Source of the DNA: Cirrosporium novae-zelandiae
Taxonomy: Eukaryota
Length of the DNA: 64,000 bases
Assembly (NCBI GenBank): GCA_026023565.1
Contig: JAPETS010000029.1
Coordinates: 124,001-188,000, forward strand
Direction of reading: 5' to 3'
Shown here: piece after piece, positions 49,765 to 62,865 of the stretch
How positions within the stretch are numbered: the stretch's first letter is position 1
How the letters are laid out: each line of letters begins with the position of its first letter
Notes under the pieces: generated by a model
The model's input: only the letters and a program-made list of their open reading frames with translations
The model's database searches: none
Told to the model about the DNA's origin: nothing
Position numbers and translations under genes: made by a program

Positions 49765-51295
49765 TATGTTCCAGCAACAAGGGTATTATTATTATTGGCT
49801 GAGAATAAGGGCTGAAACCTCTCAGACATAAACTGCTCCTCAATTGAAGGCTTTCTGCAGTCAATACCCTTGTGCTTAGCTAATACTCTTGTACTCAATC
49901 AACAAATACCTCTGCTAAGCCGATATTCAAAAAATCAAATGGTTCTATAGGTATGGCTTGGGCGTCCACGTCGACGTTTGGCCGTGGTGACCGTCTCGAT
50001 GGTAGAGTGTCGAACTTGCCATAAGCGGCCTCAGTGCTTTGGGCCTAGGGAATAATGCATAGACTTAGATCTTGGTCGGTATCGTCAGCTTCTAAATCGC
50101 TTGGCGTGACTTGAACCTCAGTGCTATCTAGTTCACCCTCCTCAAGACCAATTGGTCTCTAAGAATATCATTAGCAAGCTGCTCAAACACCTCACTTCCA
50201 CAAATATCCGTTGAGAAATTCAATGCTCTGACGAGCTCAATCCATCCTTGAAAAGCCTCATTCTTATTAAGGTCACAAGGCAGCTCGACCAGCAATCTTT
50301 CCACTACGGCTCAATCTCATAGACGTAACTAGTCTTGACTGAGGTACAACTGTCTCACGCGGGAGTCGAGATGAGCTTCAGGTGAGTTTACTGATCAATG
50401 TGTTGTGGAACAAAAACAAAAGATTCTCTCGACTGCAAGGTTTGTGAGTCGTCGATGACAGATGGTGAGAGGGTTATTGAGACCGAAAGGTACCAGTGGT
50501 ATAGCTCACCATAGATTCGCGGGCTGGTCCGGTAATCATCTTTCTAGTCCGGGGCGCACAAAGCGTGGCACTATTGGCGCCGATGTTTGCTCTCTTATTT
50601 CCTTTTCCTGCAAGTTTACTCCTGCACAAATAGCTGCATATCACGCTACGAGCTGCTGTTGATGCTAAGAACGACAGTATCAGTCAACGTCCGACTACGG
50701 GGAAGTGCTACTCTCTTTCTGTATCGCATAGCTTCCGTTCACATGTGAGCAACCATTGGTAGCCGATTGGATTCGCCTGTACTGTCTTCTCCTCTCCGCA
50801 CCTTTCGAGTCCTTGTTGTGGAGAGATTGAGTTCAAGGAAGGCTGAGAACGCTTTGATCCCGCTCTCACTCCAACGAATTTTTAATTCAACAAGGCTATT
50901 CTAGTGCTACAATTATTCCCCGAAACTGCTTGCCTGCGGTCTCCTGTTAGATTCAAGGGACTAGATCATGACCCTGTGTTGAAAATACAAGGGCCATTTC
51001 GGTGTCCCCCGAGGATGATCCCACTCCACTCGACTGCTATAGCAAGAGCCGGGGAGCTCTTTGTATGGGGCGGACCATTTACCCTCATAAAAAAGAGATA
51101 TCATGCCTGAAGCATCTCAATCGCTCTAGGGCCCTCCACTCGAAGAGATACTCGAACAACATCAGCCTGCAGGATGGATCATCAGGCTGTCTCGGGACAT
51201 GCTTACTATATTTCCGAGTGTGATTGTTGTACACCATAGTCTAGCGTATCTTCAACTGGGGATTTGTCGCACTGGGCAACCTGATCAACTTTTGT
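49765..51295 (-). pseudogene. Heavily decayed coding relic of unknown family
   Basis: Long protein-like stretches (AVVERLLVELPCDLNKNEAFQGWIELVRAL; SILQADVVRVSLRVEG) separated by TAG/TAA/TGA stops and frameshifts. Confidence 0.4.
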
Positions 51296-51569
51296 TTGTG
51301 GACCCATCATCCACTTGGTCTGTTAATCGACGATTCATGGCTTGAAAACATATCATCACCTACGACAATGGATGTCACATGTATGCACAAGAAACCAGCT
51401 CTGTCAACGCAGATGGGCCATGTGATGAGCTTTCAGGATATTTATATAGTCTCGTTTTTCTATGAATCTTCCTTCTTCAGTCTTCTAACAATTCTCAGAA
51501 AGTCCACTCATATTTCGAACATTGATTTTTAACACCTTTGTTTATTGAGAATTCCCTATTCGAATAACC

Positions 51570-52515
51570 ATGCAGAGCAAAATACTTGTCTTTATCTTGG
51601 CCGCCTTAGCGTTTGGAAGCGTGATCGGTGGGTCATCAAGAAATTCAATTATATTCACAAGACACTGATAGAATATCATAGATATTCACTTCACTTCCAA
51701 CGATGATTTAACTCTGCAATCTGGCGGAGCCAGCTCAATCACCAGAGAGTGCTACTGGGATGGTACCTCGCCCTTCTGCGCTGGGCAGTGTCCCTCCGGC
51801 TATGTCGCATGCGGAAAAAATTCGCAAGGGGACGGCGCAGAATGCTTGACAGGATTCAAGATGTTTTGTTGCAAGGGGAGTTGCACGGGCTTGACTGCCG
51901 TGAAGGAGACACCCAATGACGAGCTCCGCGCTGCTAGTGAGCAAAACATTTTTCCTATTGATCACACCCTTGATACTAATTGGATTTTTCTGTAGGCGGT
52001 GACAATGTCTGCGGCAAAAACAAATTCATGTGCTGCCCTCTCGGTGCGACTAAGGATGAGGAATGCATCTGTCTTGACAAGAAATCAGAAGCACCTACCA
52101 TCTCAAAGAACCCTCATCCTCTAACCGGTATAGCCAGCTTCTATTTCCTTTCACCCCAATTATACTTGCTGCTTTGGTTAATTTGTCCTAAGTTCTCTAA
52201 CTTTGCACTTCTCTCTTTCTTCTGTTCGGTGTCCTTTTATCATATTTTCATCCTCTTCGCCCCCTACTCTTTATAGTCTCCACTCCCTTTATATATCTCT
52301 CATTCAACCTTGTATTTCCCCCTCCTTCGATCTACTAGTTCCTTGTCACTTTCTCATGACCCTATCCCACCAGATGACTAACTTCAATAACAGATGGCAA
52401 CGGCGAAGATGATATCTGCAAGGAAGGCGAGAGAATCTGTTGCCCTCCAGGCGCGACGAAGAATAGCGAGTGTCGTTGTGCTCCGAAGGAGAAGTATTTG
52501 AGCTTGGAGCTTTGA
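51570..52515 (+). CDS. Small secreted cysteine-rich modular protein (188 aa, 18 Cys)
   Basis: Exons 51570-51627 (signal peptide MQSKILVFILAALAFGSVI), 51682-51936 (CYWDGTSPFCAGQCPSGY...GDGAECLTGFKMFCC), 51996-52127 and 52394-52515. All introns are GT-AG and in frame. Confidence 0.85.
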
Positions 52516-53039
52516 GTCGCTTATAGTTGCTCAAGCTGCAGAAGGAAGCTAAATAGGTTTATGAAGAAATTGACATTGGAAGGGCAGGAATAGTTGATGA
52601 AATGATTATAGATGATGCGAGATACTAGTTTAGTATACTCCTTTTGTGTATCATGCACGCAAATACTATATGTAACACTCTTTTACCATCATCCGGTTCA
52701 GTTGTCCACTCAAGCAAAGGCACACCTGAAGTGCCATGGGCGAAAGGTATACGAAGAAAGTGTGGAAGACTGCTTTAGGCGCAGTCGTCTGGCTTCGATC
52801 AGTAAAAGAGTAGAATCCTATCGCAATTATGGCACAATACACAAATACTAGGTGACTCCAAAAAACCACAGAGTAAGTTAGTCTCATAGAAATGTACCTG
52901 GATCTCGCAAATGGAAGCAACCCTTTATCAAAAAGACAGTTCCAGATGCTCGCTTACTAGCACTTTTATACAAGAATTAAATCAATAGCGAGAATTATTT
53001 TTCTTCTTAGGGAATCGAACAAAGAACTCATGCAGGTTA

Positions 53040-53054
53040 CACGTGACCACGCGT
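53040..53054. promoter_or_regulatory. CACGTG and MCB (ACGCGT) motifs upstream of the SNF2 repair gene
   Basis: CACGTG at 53040-53045 and ACGCGT at 53049-53054, about 70 bp before the ATG. Confidence 0.4.
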
Positions 53055-53122
53055 ACTTTCTATCTTATCGGAGATCGGTCGAGGCCATTATCTAGCTAGT
53101 AATTAACCTACGTCCTTTCAAG

Positions 53123-56100
53123 ATGGGGTTTGATTCCTCAACGGAAGAAAGTGACGACGATTTAGAGATAACAAAAGCCGCCCGGAAAGATGTTTGGGGT
53201 GATAAAGCTGAACAGTATCTTAATGGTAAGTGGCATTCATTCCACGGCGCCTCGAAGCTTACTTACCCTTACAGAAATCGGCGAAGGCGCAGAAATAGAA
53301 CCTACTATCAACTACGTAGACCGCGAGACGGAAGGTTACGATGAACGGTCCTCGGGAAAGGACGCGTCGCTCCTTAAGGATGAATCATCCTCCGACGATG
53401 AATTCGGCGATGGTGAGGCTATTTATAATAAATTCAAAAACCGCAAAGCAGTCAAAAGGAAGAGGGTAGCTGCCGAAACGCGTCGGATTAAAGCTATTGA
53501 TAAAGAGAAGAACGGCACTAGTAAAAATTCTGAGGGCTCTGCTACTCCTGCCAAGAAGTCCAAAACAGAAAGGGTGCAGGGTGAAGAATCAGACGATGAG
53601 GACACACTACCAGACTATCTTCAGAAGAGGCGTTCGAGATTTGAAAGACGCGTTTCTAAGTTAAAACAAGTTGGGCTGAAGCTTCCTCCAGACTATGATG
53701 ATATACAATTTTCGGATGACGAGGATTTGGAGGCTCTACAAGAGAAGCCCAACTTCCCGGAAGACGCAAGGCAATCCAGAGCATATAAAGACATCGAACT
53801 CCCATATTCTCTAGGTGCCATTCCAGGTACCATTGCGCAGTGGCTTCGAGACTATCAGGTTCAAGGCGTCCAATTTCTTCATGAACTTTTCGTATACCAG
53901 AAAGGAGGCATCTTAGGCGACGACATGGGCCTCGGAAAAACTGTTCAAGTCATAGCATTTCTAACCGCTGCTTATGGGAAGACTGGCGATGAACATGATA
54001 TGAAACGTATGCGAAAGATGCGAAGAAATGGTGATGGAAGGTGGTATCCTCGCACTTTAATTATTTGCCCTGGAACATTGATTGAAAATTGGAAATCTGA
54101 ACTCGATAGATGGGGCTGGTGGCACGTTGATGTCTACCATGGGGACAAGAAAGAAGAAGCCCTTGAAGCTGCGGTGTCTGGGAGAACGGAAATTATGATC
54201 ACCACTTATGCAACTTATCGGATGAGCAAAAGTCCAGTCAATATGGTTGAATGGGACTGCGTGATTGCTGACGAATGCCATGTTATCAAGGAACGAAAGT
54301 CAGAAACGACCCAGGCTATGAATGAAATCAATGCATTATGCCGTATCGGATTGACCGGGACTGCGATTCAAAACAAGTATGAAGAATTGTGGTGTCTTCT
54401 AAACTGGACATCCCCTGGTCGATTTGGCCCGATATCTACCTGGAAGCAAACAATATGCGAACCATTGAAACTCGGACAGTCTCATGAGGCAACAGTATCC
54501 CAATTAAGCAGGGCACGAAGGACAGCAAAGAAGCTTGTCGAGAATCTATTGCCAGAGTTCTTTCTTCGAAGAATGAAGACCTTGATTGCAGATCAACTCC
54601 CGAAGAAGACCGATCGAGTCGTATTTTGCCCATTAACAGAATCCCAGGGGGAGGCATATGAGAACTTCCTTGATGGTGATATTGTGCAGTATATCAAGAC
54701 CTCTACAGATGATTGTGATTGCGGGTCTGGCAAGAAATCCGGCTGGTGTTGCTATAGATACCTACCGAATGGTAAGAAATGGCAACACTTTGTCTTTCCG
54801 GCAATATCGACTTTACAGAAGCTCAGTAATCATCTAGCCATTCTTATCCCTCAAGGGACCGACTCAAAGGAGAAGCAGGATAAAGATCTAGAAGTTCTGC
54901 AGGTGACCTTGCCTGATCGATGGCGAGACCTTTATCGTACTCGAGAATCAATTCTTAATTATGCTAACCCTGAATTCTGTGGTAAATGGAAGATTCTCAA
55001 GAAGCTACTCCGATTCTGGCATAGTAATGGCGACAAAGTTCTCGTATTCTCGCACAGCGTCCGTCTACTTAAGATGTTACAAATTCTCTTCAACCATACT
55101 AGTTACAATGTCTCATACCTAGACGGAGCTATGAGTTACGAAGATCGTGCTAGGACTGTGGATGATTTCAATAGCGATCCAAAGCAATTTGTCTTTTTAA
55201 TATCCACTAGAGCTGGTGGTGTGGGATTAAACATTACCTCTGCTAACAAGGTAGTGATCGTAGATCCAAACTGGAATCCAAGCTATGATCTCCAAGCACA
55301 GGACCGTGCATATCGTATTGGTCAGATTCGTGACGTCGAGGTCTTTAGATTAGTCTCCGCAGGAACCATCGAAGAGATTGTATACGCTCGCCAAATATAC
55401 AAGCAACAGCAAGCAAATATAGGCTACAACGCCTCGACGGAGCGACGCTATTTCAAAGGCGTCCAAGAGACACGTGACCGGAAAGGAGAAATTTTTGGTC
55501 TCGAAAATCTCTTTTCCTATGAGGGTGAAAGCATTGTCCTTCGTGATATCATCAATAAGACCAATGTCGCAGAAAGCAAAGCCGGAGTGCAAGTAGTAGA
55601 TCTCGGCAACGATCCGAATTGGTCGGATGATGACGACGACCCTCTGGCCGGAGCTAGGAACGACGAGGACAGCGCCATGTCTCAACTTGCTACTCTTATA
55701 TCCGAGGGCAACGAGAAGAAAAAGAAAAGGTCGAGCAAACCTCAAACCAAAAAATCTGATCCGGTTCTCGCTATCCTCGCTGGCGCAGGTGTCGAATACA
55801 CACACGAAAACTCAGAAGTTGTTGGCTCTTCAAAGATAGAAGCGCGGTTATCTCGAAGAGCCGAAGAGGCAGGCAACGATATTGACATGGGAGAGAAATA
55901 CGTCTTTGAACAATCTCAAGATACTGAACTATCCAACCCGCAGCTAAAAAAAGAGGAAGGAAGAAAAGTGAGCTACAAATATCACCCGCCACAGGACGTG
56001 ATCAAAAGACAGTTTTGCACAATGGCCAAGATGTTCGGCTTCGCAGATGCCACGGAATTCGCCCTCGTTGTAGAGGGGTGGACACCGGCCCAGAGGAGGA

Positions 56101-56183
56101 GTTGTCTAGACAAGTTCTATCGAAAACGAAGGGAATTGCTTACAAAGAGTGACGAGGCAACATCAGAACAGATACCTAGCTAA
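53123..56183 (+). CDS. ERCC6L2: SNF2-family DNA repair ATPase, ERCC6L2/Rad26L type
   Basis: Intron 53226-53274. Motifs: GGILGDDMGLGKT, DECH, LTGTAIQN, FLISTRAGGVGLN, QAQDRAYRIGQ; C-terminal YTHENSEVVGSSK (VIGSSK motif of this subfamily). Confidence 0.92.
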
Positions 56184-57955
56184 AGACGATGACACAACAA
56201 CAACCAAAACACTTTTTCGGTAAAGCATTAAAGCCTTTTATAACCGCTGATGCATGAAAACCATTCGCTTCGCCTCTCCGAAATAGATGGCCCAGTGGCG
56301 TCAGTGATCTGGTAACACGGTCCAAGAACTTCACCAGAACCATATTTCACACCTCCTCACATTTCCACAACGATATTTGGAAAAGGCCCTGTTCTAAAAT
56401 ACCAGGTTTTCTCCAGCCAAGAAACCTGGGGGTGACTCACCCGCTGCTCGAAATATCGCACTATACAAGTATCAACCATGGAGTTCCTCACCATAATAAC
56501 GATGCACGTTCCATTTCCCACCACACACATACCCCGCATTTTCTCCTCCATCTATCCCATCAGACAAGAAAAGAAAAAGAAAATACATTTTACCCGACCC
56601 GACCTCACGCACGTAGGGCACCTAACAAATAATTATATCAAGCATACCCATCCCCACAAGCTCGTATCGCTACCTCCTTACCTACTCTACAATAACCCAG
56701 CCACAAAGGCCCAACCACATTAGCTGACGAACTAGCTTTGCTAATGGATACGAGAAGGCGGCAGCATCGTGGATTAGTTTACCTAATTAGTTTGGTTGTT
56801 AGATGCGAATAGATGGATGCGAATGGATGTAGATGGATGGATAAGACAAAGACGGGTTGGTAGATTCATCAGTTACTCAATTGGTGGCTTGATGGATGGT
56901 GATGATGGGACTTTGTAACTTGGGAGGTATAATGTATAAGAATCTGAGATGTGAGATAAACCAACCAACAAACAAACAAAACAAAACAAAACAAGCAAAG
57001 CTGTTTGTTAGAAACAATCCAACAGAAGCTCAGCTTTACACCTTTACATCTTTATATTCTTAGTCTAACCCTTAACCCTCCTCAAAGCCAATGAATGAAT
57101 GAATGGGGTTGGGGGAATACGGATATCTATCTAATGGACATTCCCACATCCCACATCCCACCTAAGAATAGTTGACATCGAGCCGACATGACAGTCCAAT
57201 TCAATCCAATTGATTAATTATCTCGAACTATGACCCGCCTGCGCACGCCATGACTGACGCCTAGGTAGGTACATAGGTAGGACCTTGCAAGCCAATTTAT
57301 GAATTGAAAAAAAGAAAATATTTTATTTTAAGAATCCTCTCATGTATGTGTATGTTTTTTACACCTACCTACCCTACCTAAGTACCTTGAAGAAAGAAAA
57401 ATACCATCTCCCCCCCCCCCCAAATTACCACATTATTCCCTTCCCTCCCCCTCCAAAGTTTTCGAAAACCCATCATATGGTTATGCAATCTTTTTCCAAC
57501 AAAAAAAAAAGGAAATATTTCCAACAATGCGTGCGATATAATAACCCTGGTTGTCCACACATACTCATGTTTAGCAGTAAAAAAAGCCGTTATATGCTGT
57601 TCCTATGTTCCTTTTTGTCGTTTCCATTTCATGTTCCATCTTGCTGTATGTCCCATATAAGATTCGTAGCATGTCATGCCCTTCTTAGATGAACCTTTTT
57701 GACCTTTTTTCCGTATAACCGGATCGCCGAAATAACAATAGCAAATAACATATAGCATATAGTCGAAACCCCGAAATGTGAAGTGGTATCAATCAATGCA
57801 ATCAAGCAGAAATAAGACGAGATAACACAATGTCGCACTCACTCACTCATTCACATCACATCTGGCGATTAGCAGTTTCATCATGATGGCTCCAACCTCT
57901 CTTTTTTTTTCTTAGGTCATCATACTCCATTGTTCGCTGTTCGCACAAGCCTCTC

Positions 57956-60108
57956 TTAGTTGAAAGCGCTTGTTCCTCCAGTCCCTAATCCACTTCTTGT
58001 TGGTCCCAGATTATTACTTAGTCTTCTCCCCCCTCCGGGTCCAACACCCTCGGCCATACCAATCGGACTACTGCTTAGTCGTCTGGGCGGCATATAAGTA
58101 GGATTTGCGCTATGGCTTACGACTCTCGCCAGTGGAGGTGCAGGCTCATCGTCAACAGCGAATTCGTCGGGTTCGTCTGTGAAGGAATCATCATTTTTGC
58201 AGACTTTGGTGCTACGAAAAATGGGTTTGGACTTTGTGGTTTCTTCTTCCTCGTCGTCTTCGGGGATGTCTTCGTCTTCAGAGTTGTCTTCAGAGTTGTC
58301 TTCAGAGGGGGCGTTGAAACCTTCCATTTCAACAAGCCACCAGACCGGGATTGCTGCAATGGCAGAGAGTACAGAAAGGGTGAACCAAGGGAGGATGACG
58401 TAGCCGTGCTTAACACCTATGGTAAAGGTTGTACCACCGATAGCGGGTCCAAGCGCGCGACCAATCGCGGATATGCTTGTTGCGACACCGTTCAGGGTTC
58501 CCAAAATACGCAAACTCGCAGCAGAGTTTGTGAGCAGGATTGTGGAGCAGGGGAATGCGAATATTCCAGCGATTGACTTGCATGTCATAAGGATAAACAT
58601 GGTAACTTGTCTCCCGGTAGAAGTGGGCATAAGAGCTGTGAAGGCGGTTGCGAGGTAAATGAATGGGAAACAGATTGCGAAGAACTTGAAGCACCTGAGG
58701 ATACCGTAACGACGAGCTAATGGAGGGAAGAATAGGAATTGAAAGATCATTCCAAAAATGCCATACCCAGTAAAGAGAAGGCCAATGCGATCGGAATCTA
58801 CTAGAGGTTAGTATGAAGACTTTGGGAGTATAGGCCGAGAGAAAAGTACTTATGCCGAAACCGCTGGCAAATTTAAAAGGTAGATGCACGTCTGGGTTAT
58901 CATGAAGCTGTTGTACGGGATGATGCATGAAGATAGGCAATAGCTGATCCCATGCCACAGAGTGGAGCGCAAGAAGCGCATATGCTAAAAGATTGATGCT
59001 GGACTGTCGAGAGAAGACTTCTCGTAAGGTTACGGGTTTTTTTTTCACAGCCATATGTTTTCCATTGTCATTCTCGAAATCTACTGTTGAGACTGAAGAT
59101 GCTCGAGACTGGAGAAGGGGTGTTCGCTCGTGATCTTTGGGTTTTCCAACCTTGGGAGGTTTATGTTTCCGCCCTTTGAACAAGTCAACGAGATACTTTC
59201 CGAATATTAATCCATAGTCTTTCCTATTTCTTTTCGTTTCAAGTGTTTCCTAGATTGCTGTCAATTCCGTTGTTTCTCAAAGATTAGAATCTCAAAAACT
59301 AACATGTAAGAAAAGAATACCCGTCGTAATGCCAATAAAGAAGAATATACTAGCAACCATATTAGGCAAAGCGAAAGGAAACCTTCGCAAAAATGCGTTA
59401 TCTCCAAAGATCTCAGGATGTTTCTGAACAGGACTTGCAAGAGCACCTCCAAATGCAGGACCAAATATTGAGCCAACGGTCCATATTAATGGCATTATAC
59501 TGAAAGCTCTTGGTTGTAATTCCCTTTCAGGGACCATTTCTGCCACTGTTGTTCTTAATATTCCAACATTGCCATTTCCAGCTCCAGCCATAGCTCTTGC
59601 GACTATTGCCCAAGTCAAAGATTGGGAGAAGCCAAATACCAAACTGGTGACCATGTTACAGGACAATCCGCCCATGATGGCGGGTTTTCTTCCAATCACA
59701 TCTGACAGTTTACCCCAAAAGACTCCGGTGAGGCATTGGGCAAAGTTGAATACAGCAGAGGTGAGCCCAGCCCATTTTGCGACTTCATTTTTAGGAACAT
59801 TGAAGCTTTCGATCATTTCAGGCTACGACGACGAGTTAATATGACGTGCATAGGGCTGAAGAGGACAAGAGGACTTACGAGGTAAGGGTAGACGGAAGTC
59901 AAGACGACTACAAGCAATCAGATTCATGGTGTTGAGTAATGCAATAAAGCAGGGCCATGTGTTCTTACCTGGTTCGGCGAATCGACATATACCTGGCGAA
60001 AATCAGCTCCACAATTGGGCGCGGGATTCGGGTTGTATGGTGTAGTTACTTACATAGAATGACCAGTTGGCGAACTGGAAGCTTGGGGGATTTTCTCTTA
60101 GTAGCCAT
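57956..60108 (-). CDS. MFS transporter (YCR023C/ZIFL-like)
   Basis: Six exons (60108-60054, 59992-59969, 59907-59879, 59822-59304, 59249-58850, 58797-57956). Motifs: LPVRQLVIL, RFAEPV, WGKLSDVIGRKP, GNGNVG, LQPRAFS, LGTLNG. Confidence 0.92.
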
Positions 60109-61321
60109 GGTTTATGGTAGTATTGATGGACCCCGCAATGTTAGCATTTGTCCAAGTTCTTCTTATAGAGCTCGAAGAGAAGAGAAAAAAACAATCAGAG
60201 TAACATAGATACAAGAAGAGGCTATGTTTTTTCTCTAAAATGATTCCATTGCTACAAATCAAGAGAAAGTCAGAAAGTTAGAAATGATTAGCAGCAGCAT
60301 TTTAGTATTTTAATCCATATGGCGGTGGATCATTGATTACTAGCACGTCAACCTGAGGCCGATTGCTTGTGTGAGTGCGTGAGGGCGTGAGGGGGAAATT
60401 TGTGTTGCCGCCCCCCGTCGCCCAGCCCATTCGGCAATAACGGCCCGTTGATAAGCCAAAAATGTCGCACAATTCCGTATCTGCGAATGAGCAAATAGGT
60501 ATCTTTTACTTTGATATTATTTTGCATGACGTTGGTGCCCGTGGTGCCTAGGATGCCTATGGTACCTATGATTTATATTGCTCTCGAAATACTCAAGAAT
60601 AATAAATCTCTCTACAAACAGCCATTCTGCCTTTGATCATAGCCACATCTAGCTTGAAGCCGCAGCTTCGTCAAACCCTTCTGAGTAATCCATCACTGCC
60701 CTCCAAATGCTGCTAACATGACGTCTATTCAGGATATACTTTTCATAGCCTCAGTTGAGAATTTGAGATCAAGCCTTAGATAAGTCTTTGATTGTGGTTA
60801 TGCATATAAGTTCTTTCAAAAGTCAGGTCTCGATGCACCAAGTCCGAACCTCCCCTACCCCTTCATGCCTAGCGAATTATCATGCAATGTTAGCAATAGT
60901 CATCATGAGACGTGATAAAATGGTTGCAATCTAGTAATAGGAAAACTTAAATCTACACGGAAAAACAATCGGGCCCTGAAATATCAAGTGGGTTCATATA
61001 ATCATTGTGGGGTTGAACGCATTCGTCAAAATAACATGGTCATGAGACTTTCGCTAGTAGAGTCCTACACCTGAAATCGGAAACGGTACATGGCAATCCT
61101 CATGCATTCTCTCTCTTTGTGTGGTAGGATCACAGAACAATGGATGCTATGCAATTTTCTTTGTGTCTTTGAAGTTGTGCTGATATCAAGTTATGTCTTG
61201 TCTACTCGACCAAAAGCGGCAACAAGATGGCTAAACAATCTCCCCTTCATGAAAGTCTTCAGTTCATTATCTCAGTTGTAGAACCAAATTCTCAACTTTT
61301 TCTATAGTCATTTAATACACC

Positions 61322-62865
61322 ATGTTCTCAATTAGAAAACCTAACAGCAGAAACCCACCAGGTCGATCTTCGAGCATTCGGGACTGGCTTCGTCGTTTAC
61401 TACCATCAGGCCAAGCAGATCAAAAACTTCCGCCTAAATTCAAAGAGAAATTGGACGATTTGAAACTCGTTGATTTTCTGGATGATGTGACATATAACTA
61501 TTATGCTGACCAGATGGTCAAATGGAACGTCCCGAAGGATTCAAGTTTACAAGATGTGGGCGGTCTCCAAAGAATGTTCCCCAATGAGCATATTGAGGAT
61601 GAGATTCTACCCGAATCAGGATGGGAGTGCAAGAAGCAGTTAGGTACCAGAGAAGATGGTAGACGTAAAGGAGGTTGGGGAGAAGCTTGGTTGTGGGAAA
61701 ACAAAAATGGAGTAAGTTACTTTATAAAATTCGTATGTAAAAATATTCTGGTTAACGTCATTTGTAGATGCGCATCGTTGTCAAAGATGCTAGATTTGAG
61801 CCCAACTTTTGGAAAGATTATAACATTGAAGGTGAACTGACAAGACGGTTGAATGATGCTGGCTGTCTAAATGTCATCAAAGTCCTCGACTGGCAAAGTT
61901 ATCCCCATGATAACAAAATTCGTACGCTGTACGAATTAGCTGAACATGGAGACCTTGAAGATTTATGCAGATTCTACCAGCGAGAAGAGCTTATTCTACC
62001 GGAACATTTCTTGATCCACCTGTTTCATGGCATGGCAAATGCATTGTGTTTTATGGAATATGGCCAAAATCGAACCTTGCAACGTAAAACAGGGTGGGAA
62101 CCTATAGTCCACACTGATCTCAAAGCGCCCAATATTTTTCTCGGGGCACCATCTCCTGAAACTGCCTTTTATCCAACAATAATGCTCGGGGATTTTGGGT
62201 TGGCATATCAGATTCCCGCTCATGATCCTGAGAGGAAGCATGTCCTCAGGCTGAAAAAGACTTGGCATAGTGGAACGATGGGCTATGTGGCACCAGAACG
62301 TATGCCTCCCGCGAAAGGCTTTCCAACCTCTGCTAGCGACGTCTGGGTAGTGGGCAGGATAATGCAGAATGTTGTCAACCAAGTTTTAATATTGTACGGC
62401 CTCGAAGACCCGACTTTTTATGGAGACTGGGAAAAGGGCGACGCTATTGCCCACGAGCACTTCATCTACAATGATTCGCTTTGTGAATTGATCATGGCTT
62501 GTACAAAAGATAATCCTGAAGATCGACCGAATGCCTTTAATTTGGTCAAGCGTCTGGAGAAGTTGATGACTCAAGTCAAAGCTGTAATGGAGTTGGCGGA
62601 GCAGGCCACGAGAGCGAGGCATGGCAGGTTCCATGCACTTTGGGTGTTGTATGACAAGAGTGATCAGAAGATTTACAAGAAAAATGCCACATTTAGGCAT
62701 GAGTATCAAAAGGCGAACCTGCAGATGTTCCAGGACAGTTTAGCGGACTATAACGAGGCTAAGGCCAAGGCCCAAGAAGGGAGCCAAGGAAAACGGAACC
62801 AGAAACCAGGGAACCAAAAGCTAGGAAGTCAAAGGCCAGAGGGCCAGAAAAGCCAGAAACAATAG
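61322..62865 (+). CDS. Ser/Thr protein kinase (NIMA/Nek-related fungal family)
   Basis: Intron 61712-61767. Motifs: GGWGEA, IVVK, HGDL, IVHTDLKAPNIFL, GDFGLA, GTMGYVAPE, SDVW. Confidence 0.85.

Noticed and set aside
51980..52276. 98-aa ORF with a hydrophobic tail read as a GPI or transmembrane anchor
   Set aside because: The tail is read-through into a pyrimidine-rich intron (52128-52393); a homologous exon follows in frame.
36600..52600. Starship or other giant transposon
   Set aside because: No DUF3435 tyrosine-recombinase captain, transposase or terminal repeats were recognised; only cargo-like gene content.
56285..56345. GATGGCCCAGTGG resembling a tRNA D-arm start
   Set aside because: No T-arm (GTTCRA) or acceptor stem.
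57065..57079. CTAACCCTTAACCCT as an interstitial telomere repeat
   Set aside because: Only two imperfect units.
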